Below, in pieces: positions 46,666 to 57,237 of a stretch of 64,000 nucleotides of DNA (position 1 is its first letter; every line of letters starts with the position of its first letter). The position numbers and the translations under genes were made by a program. Under the pieces are notes generated by a model that saw only the letters and a program-made list of their open reading frames with translations, ran no database searches and was not told the DNA's origin. Source of the DNA: an uncultured virus (IMG/VR IMGVR_UViG_3300027779_000022) (Duplodnaviria; Heunggongvirae; Uroviricota; Caudoviricetes); the IMG/VR virus record IMGVR_UViG_3300027779_000022. The stretch is one strand, 5' to 3'.

Positions 46666-48036
46666 TTGGGCGAAAAAGTAGACTTTTCAAAGTTTGGAAA
46701 AACATTTCAGGATGGACTAGTTCATCTGATATTGACGGAGCGAGCCTTCGCAGATCAGATCTTTGAAGTCCTTGATATCTCCTTTCTAGAAATTGAATAT
46801 TTGAGAGTCTTCACCAGAAAGATTTTAAATTATAGAGACCGATACTCGACCCACCCCTCATTCCAGACCATCAAAACAATACTTGACACCGAACTTGAGG
46901 CGGAAGATGAGATTGTAAAACAGCAGATATCTGAGTTTTTTAAGCTTATCTGCAATTCGGAAGTGGTCGACGGTGAATATATTAAGGAGCAATCTCTTGA
47001 TTTTTGTAGAAAGCAAAATCTGAAGGGAGCAATGCTTAAGTCGGTTGATTTATTGCAAAGTTGCTCTTTTGATGAAATTTCAACAATAATTAATGACTCG
47101 CTGAAGCTTGGCTCAGAGACTGACTTTGGATATGAATATCTTACTGATTTCGAAGAAAGATATGTTCCTAAGTTTCGAAACCCGGTCACGACCGGTTGGC
47201 AAGATGTCGACACTATTTGCGGCGGTGGTCTTGGTAAGTCAGAGTTGGGTGTGGTAATTGCCCCAACAGGCGCCGGAAAGTCGATGGTTCTCGTCCACCT
47301 TGGATCCGAGGCGATCAAAGAAGGTAAAACGGTTGTTCATTACACTTTAGAACTACAGGACACAGTGATTGCGAAAAGATATGATAGCTGTATCACTGGG
47401 TATCCATTGTCAGAGCTAAATTCCTTTAAACAAGAAGTTTATGATAATATTAAAGATATCGATGGTAAACTTATTGTTAAGGAATACCCCACGAAATCAG
47501 CGTCAACCAATACAATCAAAAACCATCTTAACAGGCTGGCCAAAAGGGGAATTAAACCCGGGTTAATTATTGTTGATTATGCCGATTTATTAAAGCCCGT
47601 TGTGATTAGGAAAGAAAAGAGAAATGAGCTTGAGTCAATTTATGAAGAGCTTCGCGGCCTGTCGACTGAGTACCAGTGTCCGATCTGGACGGCTTCTCAA
47701 ACTAACCGATCTGGACTCAATGCGGAAGTGATTACGATGGAACAGATTTCCGAAGCATTCAACAAATGCTTTGTCGCTGATCTCATTTTCACAGTGTCCC
47801 GAACGATCGAAGATAAACAGAACAACACGGGAAAAGTTTTTATAGCTAAAAATAGAAATGGGCCCGATGGGATGATTTATAATATGTTTATGGATACATC
47901 GAATGTAAATATTAAAGTGTTGCCGAATAATATAGGTAGTAATAATTCAGTAGCCACATCACCGGTTGTCTTAACTGCACCAATGCAAAGAGATTTACTA
48001 CATAACAAATATCAAAAATTTAAAGGAAAACGATAA
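46666..48036 (+). CDS. replicative helicase (gp41/DnaB-like)
   Basis: APTGAGKS, TLEL, VKEYPT, IVDYADL, TASQTNR, KNRNG. Confidence 0.92.
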   Translation: MGEKVDFSKFGKTFQDGLVHLILTERAFADQIFEVLDISFLEIEYLRVFTRKILNYRDRYSTHPSFQTIKTILDTELEAEDEIVKQQISEFFKLICNSEVVDGEYIKEQSLDFCRKQNLKGAMLKSVDLLQSCSFDEISTIINDSLKLGSETDFGYEYLTDFEERYVPKFRNPVTTGWQDVDTICGGGLGKSELGVVIAPTGAGKSMVLVHLGSEAIKEGKTVVHYTLELQDTVIAKRYDSCITGYPLSELNSFKQEVYDNIKDIDGKLIVKEYPTKSASTNTIKNHLNRLAKRGIKPGLIIVDYADLLKPVVIRKEKRNELESIYEELRGLSTEYQCPIWTASQTNRSGLNAEVITMEQISEAFNKCFVADLIFTVSRTIEDKQNNTGKVFIAKNRNGPDGMIYNMFMDTSNVNIKVLPNNIGSNNSVATSPVVLTAPMQRDLLHNKYQKFKGKR

Positions 48037-50003
48037 TGAGAACAATTGAAAACATACGCAGATTTAGACTTTCAGACACTTTTGTTGATCCCTACAAAGG
48101 ATTGGAGGTTCCATGGGGACCACTTGGATATGTAACCTTTAAACGTACATACTCCCGACGCTTGAATGAATTTGATCCAGACGCCACCGGCACAGAAGAA
48201 TGGTGGCAAACATGCCGTCGTGTTGTTGAGGGGATGTTCAATATGCAGAAACAGCATGTCTTCATGCTTGGTTTAGAATGGAATGATGCAAAAGCACAAA
48301 AGACTGCAAAGGATGCTTACGACCGATTATTTAACTTAAAATGGACCCCGCCCGGCCGCGGCCTGTGGATGATGGGGACGAAATTTATTGAAGAGAAAAC
48401 CGCTGCAGGTTTATTCAATTGCGCTTTCCGCTCCACGCGCGACCTGTCTACAAAGGGCGGCTATCTGTTCGCCTGGATGATGGATGCACTCATGGTCGGC
48501 ATTGGAGTAGGTTTTGATACGGAAGGCGCCCAGAGTCTAAATATCCAAGAGCCCCAATATACCAACGATGTGATGGTTATCGATGACTCACGAGAAGGCT
48601 GGGTCGACTCAGTTCACATGCTCTTAGATGGCTTCTTCTTCGGCGCAAAGGTGCCTAAATTCGATTATTCAATAATCAGACCACTAGGAGCCGAGATTAA
48701 AGGCTTCGGCGGAACATCTTCTGGACCCGAGCCCCTCATGGAACTTCACAAGAGCCTTAAAGAGTTATACTCGCCAAAGATTGGCGCCGCAATTAGTTCC
48801 GTTGACATCGTAGATACTGAAAACTTAATTGGCCGCTGTGTGGTTGCAGGAAACGTACGCCGCTCAGCAGCTTTAGCGATGGGTCGCTACGATGATACAA
48901 AATATTTGGAGATGAAAAATGATCAAGAGAAGCTCTACCATCATCGATGGGGATCTAATAACTCTTTTAATGCCAAAGTGGGAATGGATTATACCTGGCA
49001 TGCTGCTCAGAGCCAGAAGAACGGTGAGCCCGGATATATCTGGTTAGAGAATGCACGCACCCGCGGCCGCTTCAAAGATGGCCCCCGCTACGATGATATT
49101 AATGTAGCCGGCTTTAACCCATGTGTTGAACAGCAATTAGAGGATGCAGAATTATGTTGTTTGGTGGAGACATACCCAGCAAAGCATGATGATTTAGAAG
49201 ACTATTTGCGTACGTTGAAGATCGCCTATCTTTATGGTAAGACGATCACACTTTCAAATACACACTGGCCAGAAACAAATGCCAAAATGCTCAAGAATCG
49301 CCGGATTGGTTTATCTCAATCTGGAGTTATTCAAGCCTTTAACAAGCACGGCCGTCGCGAGATGTACAATTGGTGTGATAAGTCTTATGAACACGTTAAA
49401 GTATTGGATGAAGAATACTCAAACTGGCTTTGTATTCCAAAGTCTGTTAGAATGACCTCTATCAAACCATCTGGTACCGTATCATTATTGAATGGCTCAA
49501 CCCCGGGCATACACTATCCAGAGGACGAGTATTATATTAGACGTATTAGGTTCTCTAAAACTTCAAAATTACTTCAAACTTTAAGCGAAGCAGGTTATAC
49601 TATAGAAGATGATAAATACTCTCCGAATACTGTTTGTGTCGAGTTTCCTGTACATGAGCCCTATTTTTCAAAAGGAAAAAAGGATGTATCGATGTGGGAA
49701 CAACTTGAAACTGCAGCCCAGTATCAACATTATTGGGCGGATAACTCAGTGTCTATTACGGTCACTTTTAAGCCAGACGAGGCAGAACAAATTAAAACTG
49801 CGCTTGAATTATACGAAACGCGACTCAAAGCAGTCTCCTTCTTAAGATACGAAGAAACAGGTTATGAACAGGCTCCCTATGAACCGATTAGTAGGGGCGA
49901 GTATGTAAGCATGAGCAGAAATATAACACCTGTTGATAAATTTGAAGATGACGAGGGTGGAGTCGGGTCGAAGTTTTGTACCAATGACACATGTGAAATA
50001 TAG
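48036..50003 (+). CDS. nrdJ: class II (AdoCbl-dependent) ribonucleotide reductase
   Basis: PPGRGLW, GNVRRSA, NPCVEQ, IKPSGT, C-terminal C.NDTC; no small subunit gene adjacent. Confidence 0.88.
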   Translation: MRTIENIRRFRLSDTFVDPYKGLEVPWGPLGYVTFKRTYSRRLNEFDPDATGTEEWWQTCRRVVEGMFNMQKQHVFMLGLEWNDAKAQKTAKDAYDRLFNLKWTPPGRGLWMMGTKFIEEKTAAGLFNCAFRSTRDLSTKGGYLFAWMMDALMVGIGVGFDTEGAQSLNIQEPQYTNDVMVIDDSREGWVDSVHMLLDGFFFGAKVPKFDYSIIRPLGAEIKGFGGTSSGPEPLMELHKSLKELYSPKIGAAISSVDIVDTENLIGRCVVAGNVRRSAALAMGRYDDTKYLEMKNDQEKLYHHRWGSNNSFNAKVGMDYTWHAAQSQKNGEPGYIWLENARTRGRFKDGPRYDDINVAGFNPCVEQQLEDAELCCLVETYPAKHDDLEDYLRTLKIAYLYGKTITLSNTHWPETNAKMLKNRRIGLSQSGVIQAFNKHGRREMYNWCDKSYEHVKVLDEEYSNWLCIPKSVRMTSIKPSGTVSLLNGSTPGIHYPEDEYYIRRIRFSKTSKLLQTLSEAGYTIEDDKYSPNTVCVEFPVHEPYFSKGKKDVSMWEQLETAAQYQHYWADNSVSITVTFKPDEAEQIKTALELYETRLKAVSFLRYEETGYEQAPYEPISRGEYVSMSRNITPVDKFEDDEGGVGSKFCTNDTCEI

Positions 50004-50011
50004 GAGCAAAA

Positions 50012-50239
50012 ATGAATTTCAATCACTTGATGGGGAGAAATATCTCCAAGAGAAAATGCAAAGCTAACAATGAACTGTGCTATTATATTCCGGTTGGGAA
50101 CATCCGCTCCACTCACGGAGAAAATGTGCACATGACGATGGTGTGTAAAAATTGCAGCACCAGAGAAGAAATATTCCTCACTAAAGAGCAGTATTTCACA
50201 CAACAAAAGCTTATACTAAAGGAGATAAGAGATGTTTAA
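50012..50239 (+). CDS. small Cys-containing hypothetical protein
   Basis: AGGAG SD; CKNC. Confidence 0.65.
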   Translation: MNFNHLMGRNISKRKCKANNELCYYIPVGNIRSTHGENVHMTMVCKNCSTREEIFLTKEQYFTQQKLILKEIRDV

Positions 50240-50504
50240 ACCAGTAAATAGACACATTTTGGTTGATTTAGATCAAAGGTCGGAAGAACAGAAATCTTTA
50301 ATTGTTCTCCCTGAAGACTATAAGCCCGTACAACAGAAGCACACAGTCGTCTCGGTATTAAATAAGTCAGATGATGTAAAACTTGATCTAAAGCAGGGAT
50401 CTAAAATTATAGTTGACGCGTCCATGATCGACGAAATAGTGGTAGAGAAGACTACTTATAGTGTAATTTTGGAAAATTATGTCGTAGGGGTTTTGTTACC
50501 CTAG
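50232..50504 (+). CDS. groES: co-chaperonin GroES-like
   Basis: KPVNRHILV...SLIVLP...ILENYVVGVL, 90 aa. Confidence 0.7.
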   Translation: MFKPVNRHILVDLDQRSEEQKSLIVLPEDYKPVQQKHTVVSVLNKSDDVKLDLKQGSKIIVDASMIDEIVVEKTTYSVILENYVVGVLLP

Positions 50505-50512
50505 GGGACAAC

Positions 50513-51421
50513 ATGGATAAAAATTTCTACAATGAAGCCTCCGCCAAAAAATTAGGGTGGGAGCCATCATGGTTTGGAGAGAAATATTTTGATGATAAAC
50601 TTGTCAGGGCAATCAAAAAATGGCAAAGAATTCGCTACTTAAAAGCTGACGGACTCTGCGGCCCAATGACTTTTCGAAGATTGTGGACTGAAAGACAAGA
50701 GGTGGTAGGTGATTATTGTCATGACGAACCACCTAACAACTCTAAATACATTGTCTACAATGGTGACTTCTATCCAATTAATTGGGATAAATTTGTACTG
50801 TGGTCTTCCGATGGTGGGCTTGAATCCAAGAGGGGTAACTACTACGACTACTCCGCGAGACCAAAAAGGTCTATCAGGTATTTCGTAAACCATTGGGATG
50901 TTTGTCTAAGCTCCACATCTTGCCAGAGTGTTCTAGATAAAAGGGGAATCTCGGTCCACTTCCTAATTGATAATGATGGGACCATCTACCAGACTATGGA
51001 CATGCAACATGCAGCATGGCATGCCGGATCTGCCCGGGCAAACCGGGCGTCTGTTGGGGTAGAGATTTCTAATGCATATTATCCTAAATATCAAGATTGG
51101 TATGTCAAAGCAGGCCATGGCGAAAGACCGATGATCGATGATGCCTGGGTTCACGGAACGAAACTGGAACCATTTATGGGATTTTATCCAAAACAGATCG
51201 AAGCCCTCAAGGCTCTCTGGAAAGCAATTCACGCTGCAACAGGAATTCCCTATCAAGCACCAGAAAATCAGTTTGGCAAAATATCTACAAAATATGTGCA
51301 AGATGTCCCTTATGGTAAATTTTCTGGATTCGTTAGCCATTACCATGTAAGTAAAGCAAAAATAGATTGTGCCGGCCTGGACATAGTTTCTTTACTTGAA
51401 GAAATAGAAGAAGAAGATTGA
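50513..51421 (+). CDS. N-acetylmuramoyl-L-alanine amidase endolysin with peptidoglycan-binding domain
   Basis: AIKKWQ..LKADGLCGPMT, SVHFLIDNDGTIYQ, AWHAG, SVGVE, SHYHV..KIDC. Confidence 0.88.
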   Translation: MDKNFYNEASAKKLGWEPSWFGEKYFDDKLVRAIKKWQRIRYLKADGLCGPMTFRRLWTERQEVVGDYCHDEPPNNSKYIVYNGDFYPINWDKFVLWSSDGGLESKRGNYYDYSARPKRSIRYFVNHWDVCLSSTSCQSVLDKRGISVHFLIDNDGTIYQTMDMQHAAWHAGSARANRASVGVEISNAYYPKYQDWYVKAGHGERPMIDDAWVHGTKLEPFMGFYPKQIEALKALWKAIHAATGIPYQAPENQFGKISTKYVQDVPYGKFSGFVSHYHVSKAKIDCAGLDIVSLLEEIEEED

Positions 51422-52308
51422 TATTTGAGCATGATAAGGTGGTTGTAGGGGGTTCTCTTACAGCATTAATGTACGCTTTCATAAATAATTTTCCAATATT
51501 ATTTGCAGATCCTGATCCTCCTAATAGATTTGATTATCTCTCCCCGGACACGGACTTGTCATTTCTAAAATTAGAAAACCATAGAAGAGAGATAAAAACT
51601 TTTAACGAAAGTAGGGAAATTGGCCTCCCGAAGATATTGCTTTGGGAAAGACTAAGCTTTCTTATGTCTCTCAAGGGTCTCATGCCACTGTCGAACATAT
51701 GCCACAGCATGAGACTCCAAGATAACATAATAAAGTGCTCCAATGAGTACTCAAAGATTGCAGAATTTAGGTTTAATCAGTGTTTATATTTTGGGGATAA
51801 AGCCACTTCAGGGTTTATAGAGAAAACAAATCTTGACGAAGAGACCTATATATGTTATGATCATATAGCATTCAACAGTGGAGGAAAGCATGAAATTGAT
51901 TACATCACAACAAATGATGATTTTGTCAGCCAAATATGGTTTTATAGTTCCGACCGTATTGATGGAAATACTCCTGTTAGAGATGCTTGTGCGGTATCAA
52001 GGATAACACGCGAGCAGCTTTTGGATTTTGATTTTTCACAAACAATGGCAAAATTTAAAACAATACAAACAATGAAAGATAATGGGATGAGAGGAAAATT
52101 TAATGGATTCACAAAGAAAGGAACACCTAGGCACTATGATTTTAGAACAACTAGCATACGCCGCGAAACAAGCAGCACAGCGACACACAGGAAAACAAAA
52201 TCCGATTGTGTTGAAATTAAGAAAGAAAATGAAAGTGGCTTGTTATCACACCTTAAAGACAATATCGACACCTACGATAGAATTTTAGAAGGACTCGATG
52301 CCGCCTAA
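51418..52308 (+). CDS. hypothetical protein with degenerate Rossmann-like N-terminus
   Basis: DKVVVGGSLTAL; TTG start. Confidence 0.55.
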   Translation: MIFEHDKVVVGGSLTALMYAFINNFPILFADPDPPNRFDYLSPDTDLSFLKLENHRREIKTFNESREIGLPKILLWERLSFLMSLKGLMPLSNICHSMRLQDNIIKCSNEYSKIAEFRFNQCLYFGDKATSGFIEKTNLDEETYICYDHIAFNSGGKHEIDYITTNDDFVSQIWFYSSDRIDGNTPVRDACAVSRITREQLLDFDFSQTMAKFKTIQTMKDNGMRGKFNGFTKKGTPRHYDFRTTSIRRETSSTATHRKTKSDCVEIKKENESGLLSHLKDNIDTYDRILEGLDAA

Positions 52309-53185
52309 AACACATTTGTCTGGAATTATTCCCATTGCAAATTATGATTCTGATATTGAGGTGAACTTTCCATCGGTATTGTTACCGGTTTGCAATGGAT
52401 TTAACTTAGTGCAGAGATCGGTTTTTGAATGTGCCATGGCCGGCTGTGACACGATATGGATCGTGGCAAACGAGGACCTCGCGCCGGCAGTTAAAAACAC
52501 AATTGGTGAGTGGGTGTACGACCCCGTATATTATAAAAGAGACTTCTCCAGTAAATTTTATTCTGAACTTAGAAAAGAAGTGCCTATTTACTATGTCGGT
52601 ATAAAACCAAAAGATTTAGATAGGAGAGACAGCTACGGATGGTCAGTGTTGGAGGGTATATACTCTGCATACATGACTTCTTACAGAATTTCAAAGTGGC
52701 TCGCGCCAGAGAAATATTTCATTTCGTTTCCGCTGGGGATCTGTGATCCACACCAGATTAGAGAACATCGGAAAGAAATAAGAAATATAAAAGCTAATTT
52801 TTTCTACAAGTTCCTAGGTAATACCGTCAAACAAGATCTATTATTACCATTTACAATGACAGGAGAAGATTTTAAATTATGTCGAAGAGCGATAAACAAA
52901 AAGACAACAAGGGAATATTTACCCCCTTCACCGAGCCAGCAATATCCAGACCAAAAGCTGCCACTCCACGAGAGATGGTCAGCCCGGCACTTCAGTTTCA
53001 GTGAAATTTTTGAAAGCGTAAGCGAGGATAACGCGTCCTTTAAAGACTTGTCGTGGTTTCATGACGCGTCTACTTGGGAAAATTATGTCCGCTATATCGG
53101 TTCGGAAAATATTATAATAAAACCCTTTGAGGGCTTGACAAAGCCTCATAAACACGTTAAGATACCATATGATTCGGAGGGATAA
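52298..53185 (+). CDS. nucleotidyltransferase-like (GT-A) protein
   Basis: GIIPIA...LLPV...ECAMAGCDTIWIV resembles sugar-phosphate NTase N-terminus without GxGTR. Confidence 0.5.
   Translation: MPPKTHLSGIIPIANYDSDIEVNFPSVLLPVCNGFNLVQRSVFECAMAGCDTIWIVANEDLAPAVKNTIGEWVYDPVYYKRDFSSKFYSELRKEVPIYYVGIKPKDLDRRDSYGWSVLEGIYSAYMTSYRISKWLAPEKYFISFPLGICDPHQIREHRKEIRNIKANFFYKFLGNTVKQDLLLPFTMTGEDFKLCRRAINKKTTREYLPPSPSQQYPDQKLPLHERWSARHFSFSEIFESVSEDNASFKDLSWFHDASTWENYVRYIGSENIIIKPFEGLTKPHKHVKIPYDSEG
53135..53163 (+). promoter_or_regulatory. sigma70-type promoter
   Basis: TTGACA-17-TAAGAT upstream of dnaE. Confidence 0.7.
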
Positions 53186-56100
53186 TGAGTCGTATTAATT
53201 CTAAAATTAAATTTGTAGGTCTGCACGCACACAGCGTTGCGGGTTCTATTTTTGATGCCCTAGGGTATCCGCAAGACCATATGGATTTTGCATATGAAAA
53301 CGGGTGTGATGCACTCGCTTTAACAGATCATGGAAACATGAACGGCCTAGCTTACCAAGTGCTACATGCCAAGAAGATGCATGCGGAGGGTAAGGCTTTC
53401 AAGCCTATTTTTGGCTGTGAGGCGTACTTCACGCCTTCGATTGCAGACTGGCATGATGCATATAATCAGGCCATGGAAGACAAGAAGAGGGCCCGCTCGA
53501 TCAAAAAAGACGAACAGTCGGGCGCCACCGTCGAAGATGAAGGTGATAGCAAGAGAATCCAAGGCATCCTTAAACGCCGGCGACATCTGGTTTTGTTAGC
53601 TCAAAACCAGACAGGTCTGAGTAACTTGTTTAAACTTATTTCAGAATCCTATCAGCCAGAAAATTTCTATCGATATCCACGTATTGACTACTCGCTATTG
53701 AAGAAATACAATGAGGGTATTATAGCCTCGTCAGCATGCCTAGGCGGCGTTTACGCTGGTAACTACTGGGAACACCGGGAGGAGGGCGAAGAAGCTGTCC
53801 TAGAGGCGATGAGAGAGTCTACGCGGCAAATGGTTGATATCTTCGGAGATCGCTGGTATGCCGAGATTCAATGGAATAATATTAAAGAGCAACATGAATT
53901 AAACCAATACGTTATTCAAGTTGCCGAAGAGTTTGGCGTCGAACTGGTGACGACCGCTGATAGCCACTATCCCACCCCTGATGCCTGGAAGGATAGAGAA
54001 CTCTACAAGCGCCTTGGCTGGCTCGGCAAGGGCCGACCATCTTGGGCTGAGGATGAGTCACAACTACCTGAAGGTGTTGAAGAAATCGGCTATGAGCTGT
54101 ATCCGAAGAACGGCGATCAAATGTGGGAGAGCTATAAGCAATACTCAAAAGAGCAGGGCTTCGAATATAACGACAGCTTGGTTATGCGAAGCATTGAAGA
54201 AACACACAGAATTGCGCACGAACGTATCGAAGCGTTCTTGCCGGACAACACTGTACGGCTTCCAAACTTTGTTGTTCCAGCAGGATTCACCGACACACAA
54301 GCGTTGGTAAACTATGCCCTAGAGGGCCTCAAGGACAGGGGATTACACACTAACAAAGAGTACACTGATCGTCTTCGGCATGAGTTGCATGTTATTGATG
54401 AGAGGGGGTTCTCCAAATATTTCCTGACCATGAGGTCTGTAGCAGACTTGGCAACGGGGATGATGTTAGCCGGCCCGGGCCGCGGCTCTGCTGCCGGCTC
54501 CCTAGTGGCATATGCTCTAAACATTACACAGGTAGATCCGATTAAGCACGGCTTGTTGTTCTCTCGGTTCCTGCGCTCAGATGCCACAGATTATCCTGAT
54601 ATCGATTACGATGTATCTGATAGTATGTCGTTAAAAGAAAAATTAGTAGAGAAGTGGGGTGAAGATTGTGTTGCTCCGATTTCCAATTGGAACACTTTGC
54701 AATTGAAATCCCTCATTAAAGACATCTCAAAATTATATGGGATTCCTTTCACAGAGGTTAACACGGTCACGTCAGTTATGCTTCGCGAAGCAACACCAGA
54801 CGCCAAGCGCAAGCATGGCATTAAAGCTGGGGTATATGTTCCGACATGGGAAGAAGTGATCGAGTTTTCTCCAGCACTCAAGACATATTTGAATAAGTAC
54901 CCACAGGTTAAAACGCACGTTGAGGGTTTAGTGGGACAGGTTCGCTCTTGCTCCCGGCATGCCGGCGGCGTTGTGATCGGAGAAAACTTAGATAGCCACA
55001 TGCCATTGATTAATTCTGGTGGAGTACGACAGGCTCCGTGGGCAGAGGGACAGAACGTCCGACATCTTGAGCCGATGGGTTTCATCAAGTTCGATCTGCT
55101 TGGGTTATCTACCTTAAAGATGATGGAGGGTTGCATCGAACACATCCTTCGTCGTCACCATAGTGTGGAGAACCCAACGTTTGCACAGATAAAAGGCTAT
55201 TATGACAGGTATTTACATCCAGACATTATTGATCTAGATAATTCTGAGGTGTATGAGAATATCTTTCATGCTGGAAAGTGGGCCGGCATCTTCCAGTTCA
55301 CCGAGCAGGGCGCCCAGAAGTTCTGCGTTCGTGCAAAGCCACGCAACATTATTGATGTCTCAGCTGTCACCTCCATCTATCGCCCGGGCCCTTTGTCTGC
55401 AAACGTTCACGACGAATATGTAGACGCCAAGGAAAGCCCACATCATATTAAATATCTGAATGATGACTCTCATGAGATCACCCAGGAGACCTTTGGCTTC
55501 TTAATCTTCCAAGAACAAATTGCACTGCTAGCTCATAAGTTAGGAGGCTTGACCCTCGATGAAGGTAACATGCTTCGCAAAGTGCTTACGAAAAAAGGAA
55601 CAGGTAAGGGTTCGGTTAAAGGCAAACTACATGATAAGTTTATTGCTGGTTGCCTTAAAAACAATATTGTACGAGATGAAGCACAATCACTGTGGGACAA
55701 GTTTGAATTCTTCTCAGGCTACGGATTTAATAAATCACATGCTGTATCATATAGCATTATCTCTTTTCAGTGTGCCTGGTTATTTAACTACTATCCCTCT
55801 GAGTGGATGGCAGCGTTTTTGGACAAGGAACCAGAGAGCCGAAAAGAGAAGGCAATCAATATCGCAAAGCAATATGGTTTTGAAATAGCTCCGCTCGATG
55901 TAAATAAGTCAGGTACAGTGTGGGAAATTAGTGAGGATGGAAAAACCCTCATTCAACCACTGACGTCTATTAAGGGCTTAGGTATGGCCGCCATCGAACA
56001 GGTTCTTAATAATCGACCGTTCCTTAATGCAGAAGATCTGCTCTTTAGGGAGGGGGTTTCCTACAGTAAGTTAAATAAGAAGGCAATGGATGCTCTATGC

Positions 56101-56616
56101 AGGGGCGGCGCCCTAGATAATATCGTGGATGATCGATTCACCGGCCGTAAACATTTTTGGTCTACGTGTGTTGTCGAGCGCCCAAAGAGTCTTAAAAAGT
56201 TTAATGACAATCTAGAATTATATGAACCAGAAGGAGATTTTTCACAAGAAGAGATCATTCAGTTTAAAACGGACCTCACAGGGGTATTCCCAATCAACTT
56301 GGTTATTAGTATAGAAACCATCGAAAGGTTGCGCGACAAGCATATACCACCAATTTCAGAATATGATGAAGAGTTACAGGTTTGCTGGTTTATTCCGAGA
56401 GAGGTTACAGCTAGAAAAACAAAAAATGGCAAAGACTATTGGATTGTAAATGTCATTGACTCAAACAACGAACTAACTAGAATAAGGTGTTGGGGAGTAA
56501 AACCTCATAAAGATAAAATACATTTAAACCGGCCATACCTGGCACGTTTAAACTATGATTCGAATTGGGGATTCTCGACCTATGCCATTGGAAAAACATT
56601 CAAACTACTAGGATAA
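53185..56616 (+). CDS. dnaE: DNA polymerase III alpha subunit
   Basis: PHP LHAHS/TDHG/DSHY, GPGRGSAAGSLV, PDIDYD, HAGG, KFDLLGL, YGFNKSHA. Confidence 0.96.
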   Translation: MSRINSKIKFVGLHAHSVAGSIFDALGYPQDHMDFAYENGCDALALTDHGNMNGLAYQVLHAKKMHAEGKAFKPIFGCEAYFTPSIADWHDAYNQAMEDKKRARSIKKDEQSGATVEDEGDSKRIQGILKRRRHLVLLAQNQTGLSNLFKLISESYQPENFYRYPRIDYSLLKKYNEGIIASSACLGGVYAGNYWEHREEGEEAVLEAMRESTRQMVDIFGDRWYAEIQWNNIKEQHELNQYVIQVAEEFGVELVTTADSHYPTPDAWKDRELYKRLGWLGKGRPSWAEDESQLPEGVEEIGYELYPKNGDQMWESYKQYSKEQGFEYNDSLVMRSIEETHRIAHERIEAFLPDNTVRLPNFVVPAGFTDTQALVNYALEGLKDRGLHTNKEYTDRLRHELHVIDERGFSKYFLTMRSVADLATGMMLAGPGRGSAAGSLVAYALNITQVDPIKHGLLFSRFLRSDATDYPDIDYDVSDSMSLKEKLVEKWGEDCVAPISNWNTLQLKSLIKDISKLYGIPFTEVNTVTSVMLREATPDAKRKHGIKAGVYVPTWEEVIEFSPALKTYLNKYPQVKTHVEGLVGQVRSCSRHAGGVVIGENLDSHMPLINSGGVRQAPWAEGQNVRHLEPMGFIKFDLLGLSTLKMMEGCIEHILRRHHSVENPTFAQIKGYYDRYLHPDIIDLDNSEVYENIFHAGKWAGIFQFTEQGAQKFCVRAKPRNIIDVSAVTSIYRPGPLSANVHDEYVDAKESPHHIKYLNDDSHEITQETFGFLIFQEQIALLAHKLGGLTLDEGNMLRKVLTKKGTGKGSVKGKLHDKFIAGCLKNNIVRDEAQSLWDKFEFFSGYGFNKSHAVSYSIISFQCAWLFNYYPSEWMAAFLDKEPESRKEKAINIAKQYGFEIAPLDVNKSGTVWEISEDGKTLIQPLTSIKGLGMAAIEQVLNNRPFLNAEDLLFREGVSYSKLNKKAMDALCRGGALDNIVDDRFTGRKHFWSTCVVERPKSLKKFNDNLELYEPEGDFSQEEIIQFKTDLTGVFPINLVISIETIERLRDKHIPPISEYDEELQVCWFIPREVTARKTKNGKDYWIVNVIDSNNELTRIRCWGVKPHKDKIHLNRPYLARLNYDSNWGFSTYAIGKTFKLLG

Positions 56617-56618
56617 AC

Positions 56619-57224
56619 ATGAATATAATCAAAACATTTAGTCCGTTATTAAAAGAAGCAAAACTAATTGACGATCTTCCGATCGTCATTAGGCTTAGAA
56701 AATTCGATGAGCCATCAGCAAAAGAATTCAGTTCACTGATAGCTAAGGCACAAAACACAGGACAGCCTGTAGTACCCATAATTATTGATAGTTATGGTGG
56801 CCAAGTATATAGCTTAATGTCGATGATATCTGATATTAAACATTGCAGGATCCCAGTGGCCACAATTGTACAAGGCAAAGCCATGTCTTGTGGCGCTATA
56901 CTATTTAGCTTCGGCACTGAAGGTTATAGATACATGGACCCTGATGCAACGCTCATGATTCACGATGTGAGTTCAATGGGTTGGGGGAAAGTAGAAGAGA
57001 TTAAAGCCTCCGCGGAAGAGACAGACCGGCTTAATCAAAAGATTTACACTATGATGGCAGAGAACTGTGGAAAGCATAAAGAATATTTTCTAGACATTGT
57101 ACACGATAAAGGACACTCTGATTGGTTTTTAGAAGCAACAGACTGCAAAAAGCACAATCTTGCAAATCATTTACGTATTCCGGAATTAAAAATAGATACC
57201 CGGGTTAAGATCGAATTCAAATAA
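56619..57224 (+). CDS. clpP: ClpP-family protease
   Basis: IDSYGG, GKAMSCG (catalytic Ser), LMIHD (His); start moved to 56619. Confidence 0.85.
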   Translation: MNIIKTFSPLLKEAKLIDDLPIVIRLRKFDEPSAKEFSSLIAKAQNTGQPVVPIIIDSYGGQVYSLMSMISDIKHCRIPVATIVQGKAMSCGAILFSFGTEGYRYMDPDATLMIHDVSSMGWGKVEEIKASAEETDRLNQKIYTMMAENCGKHKEYFLDIVHDKGHSDWFLEATDCKKHNLANHLRIPELKIDTRVKIEFK

Positions 57225-57237
57225 AACTACTTAGTTT

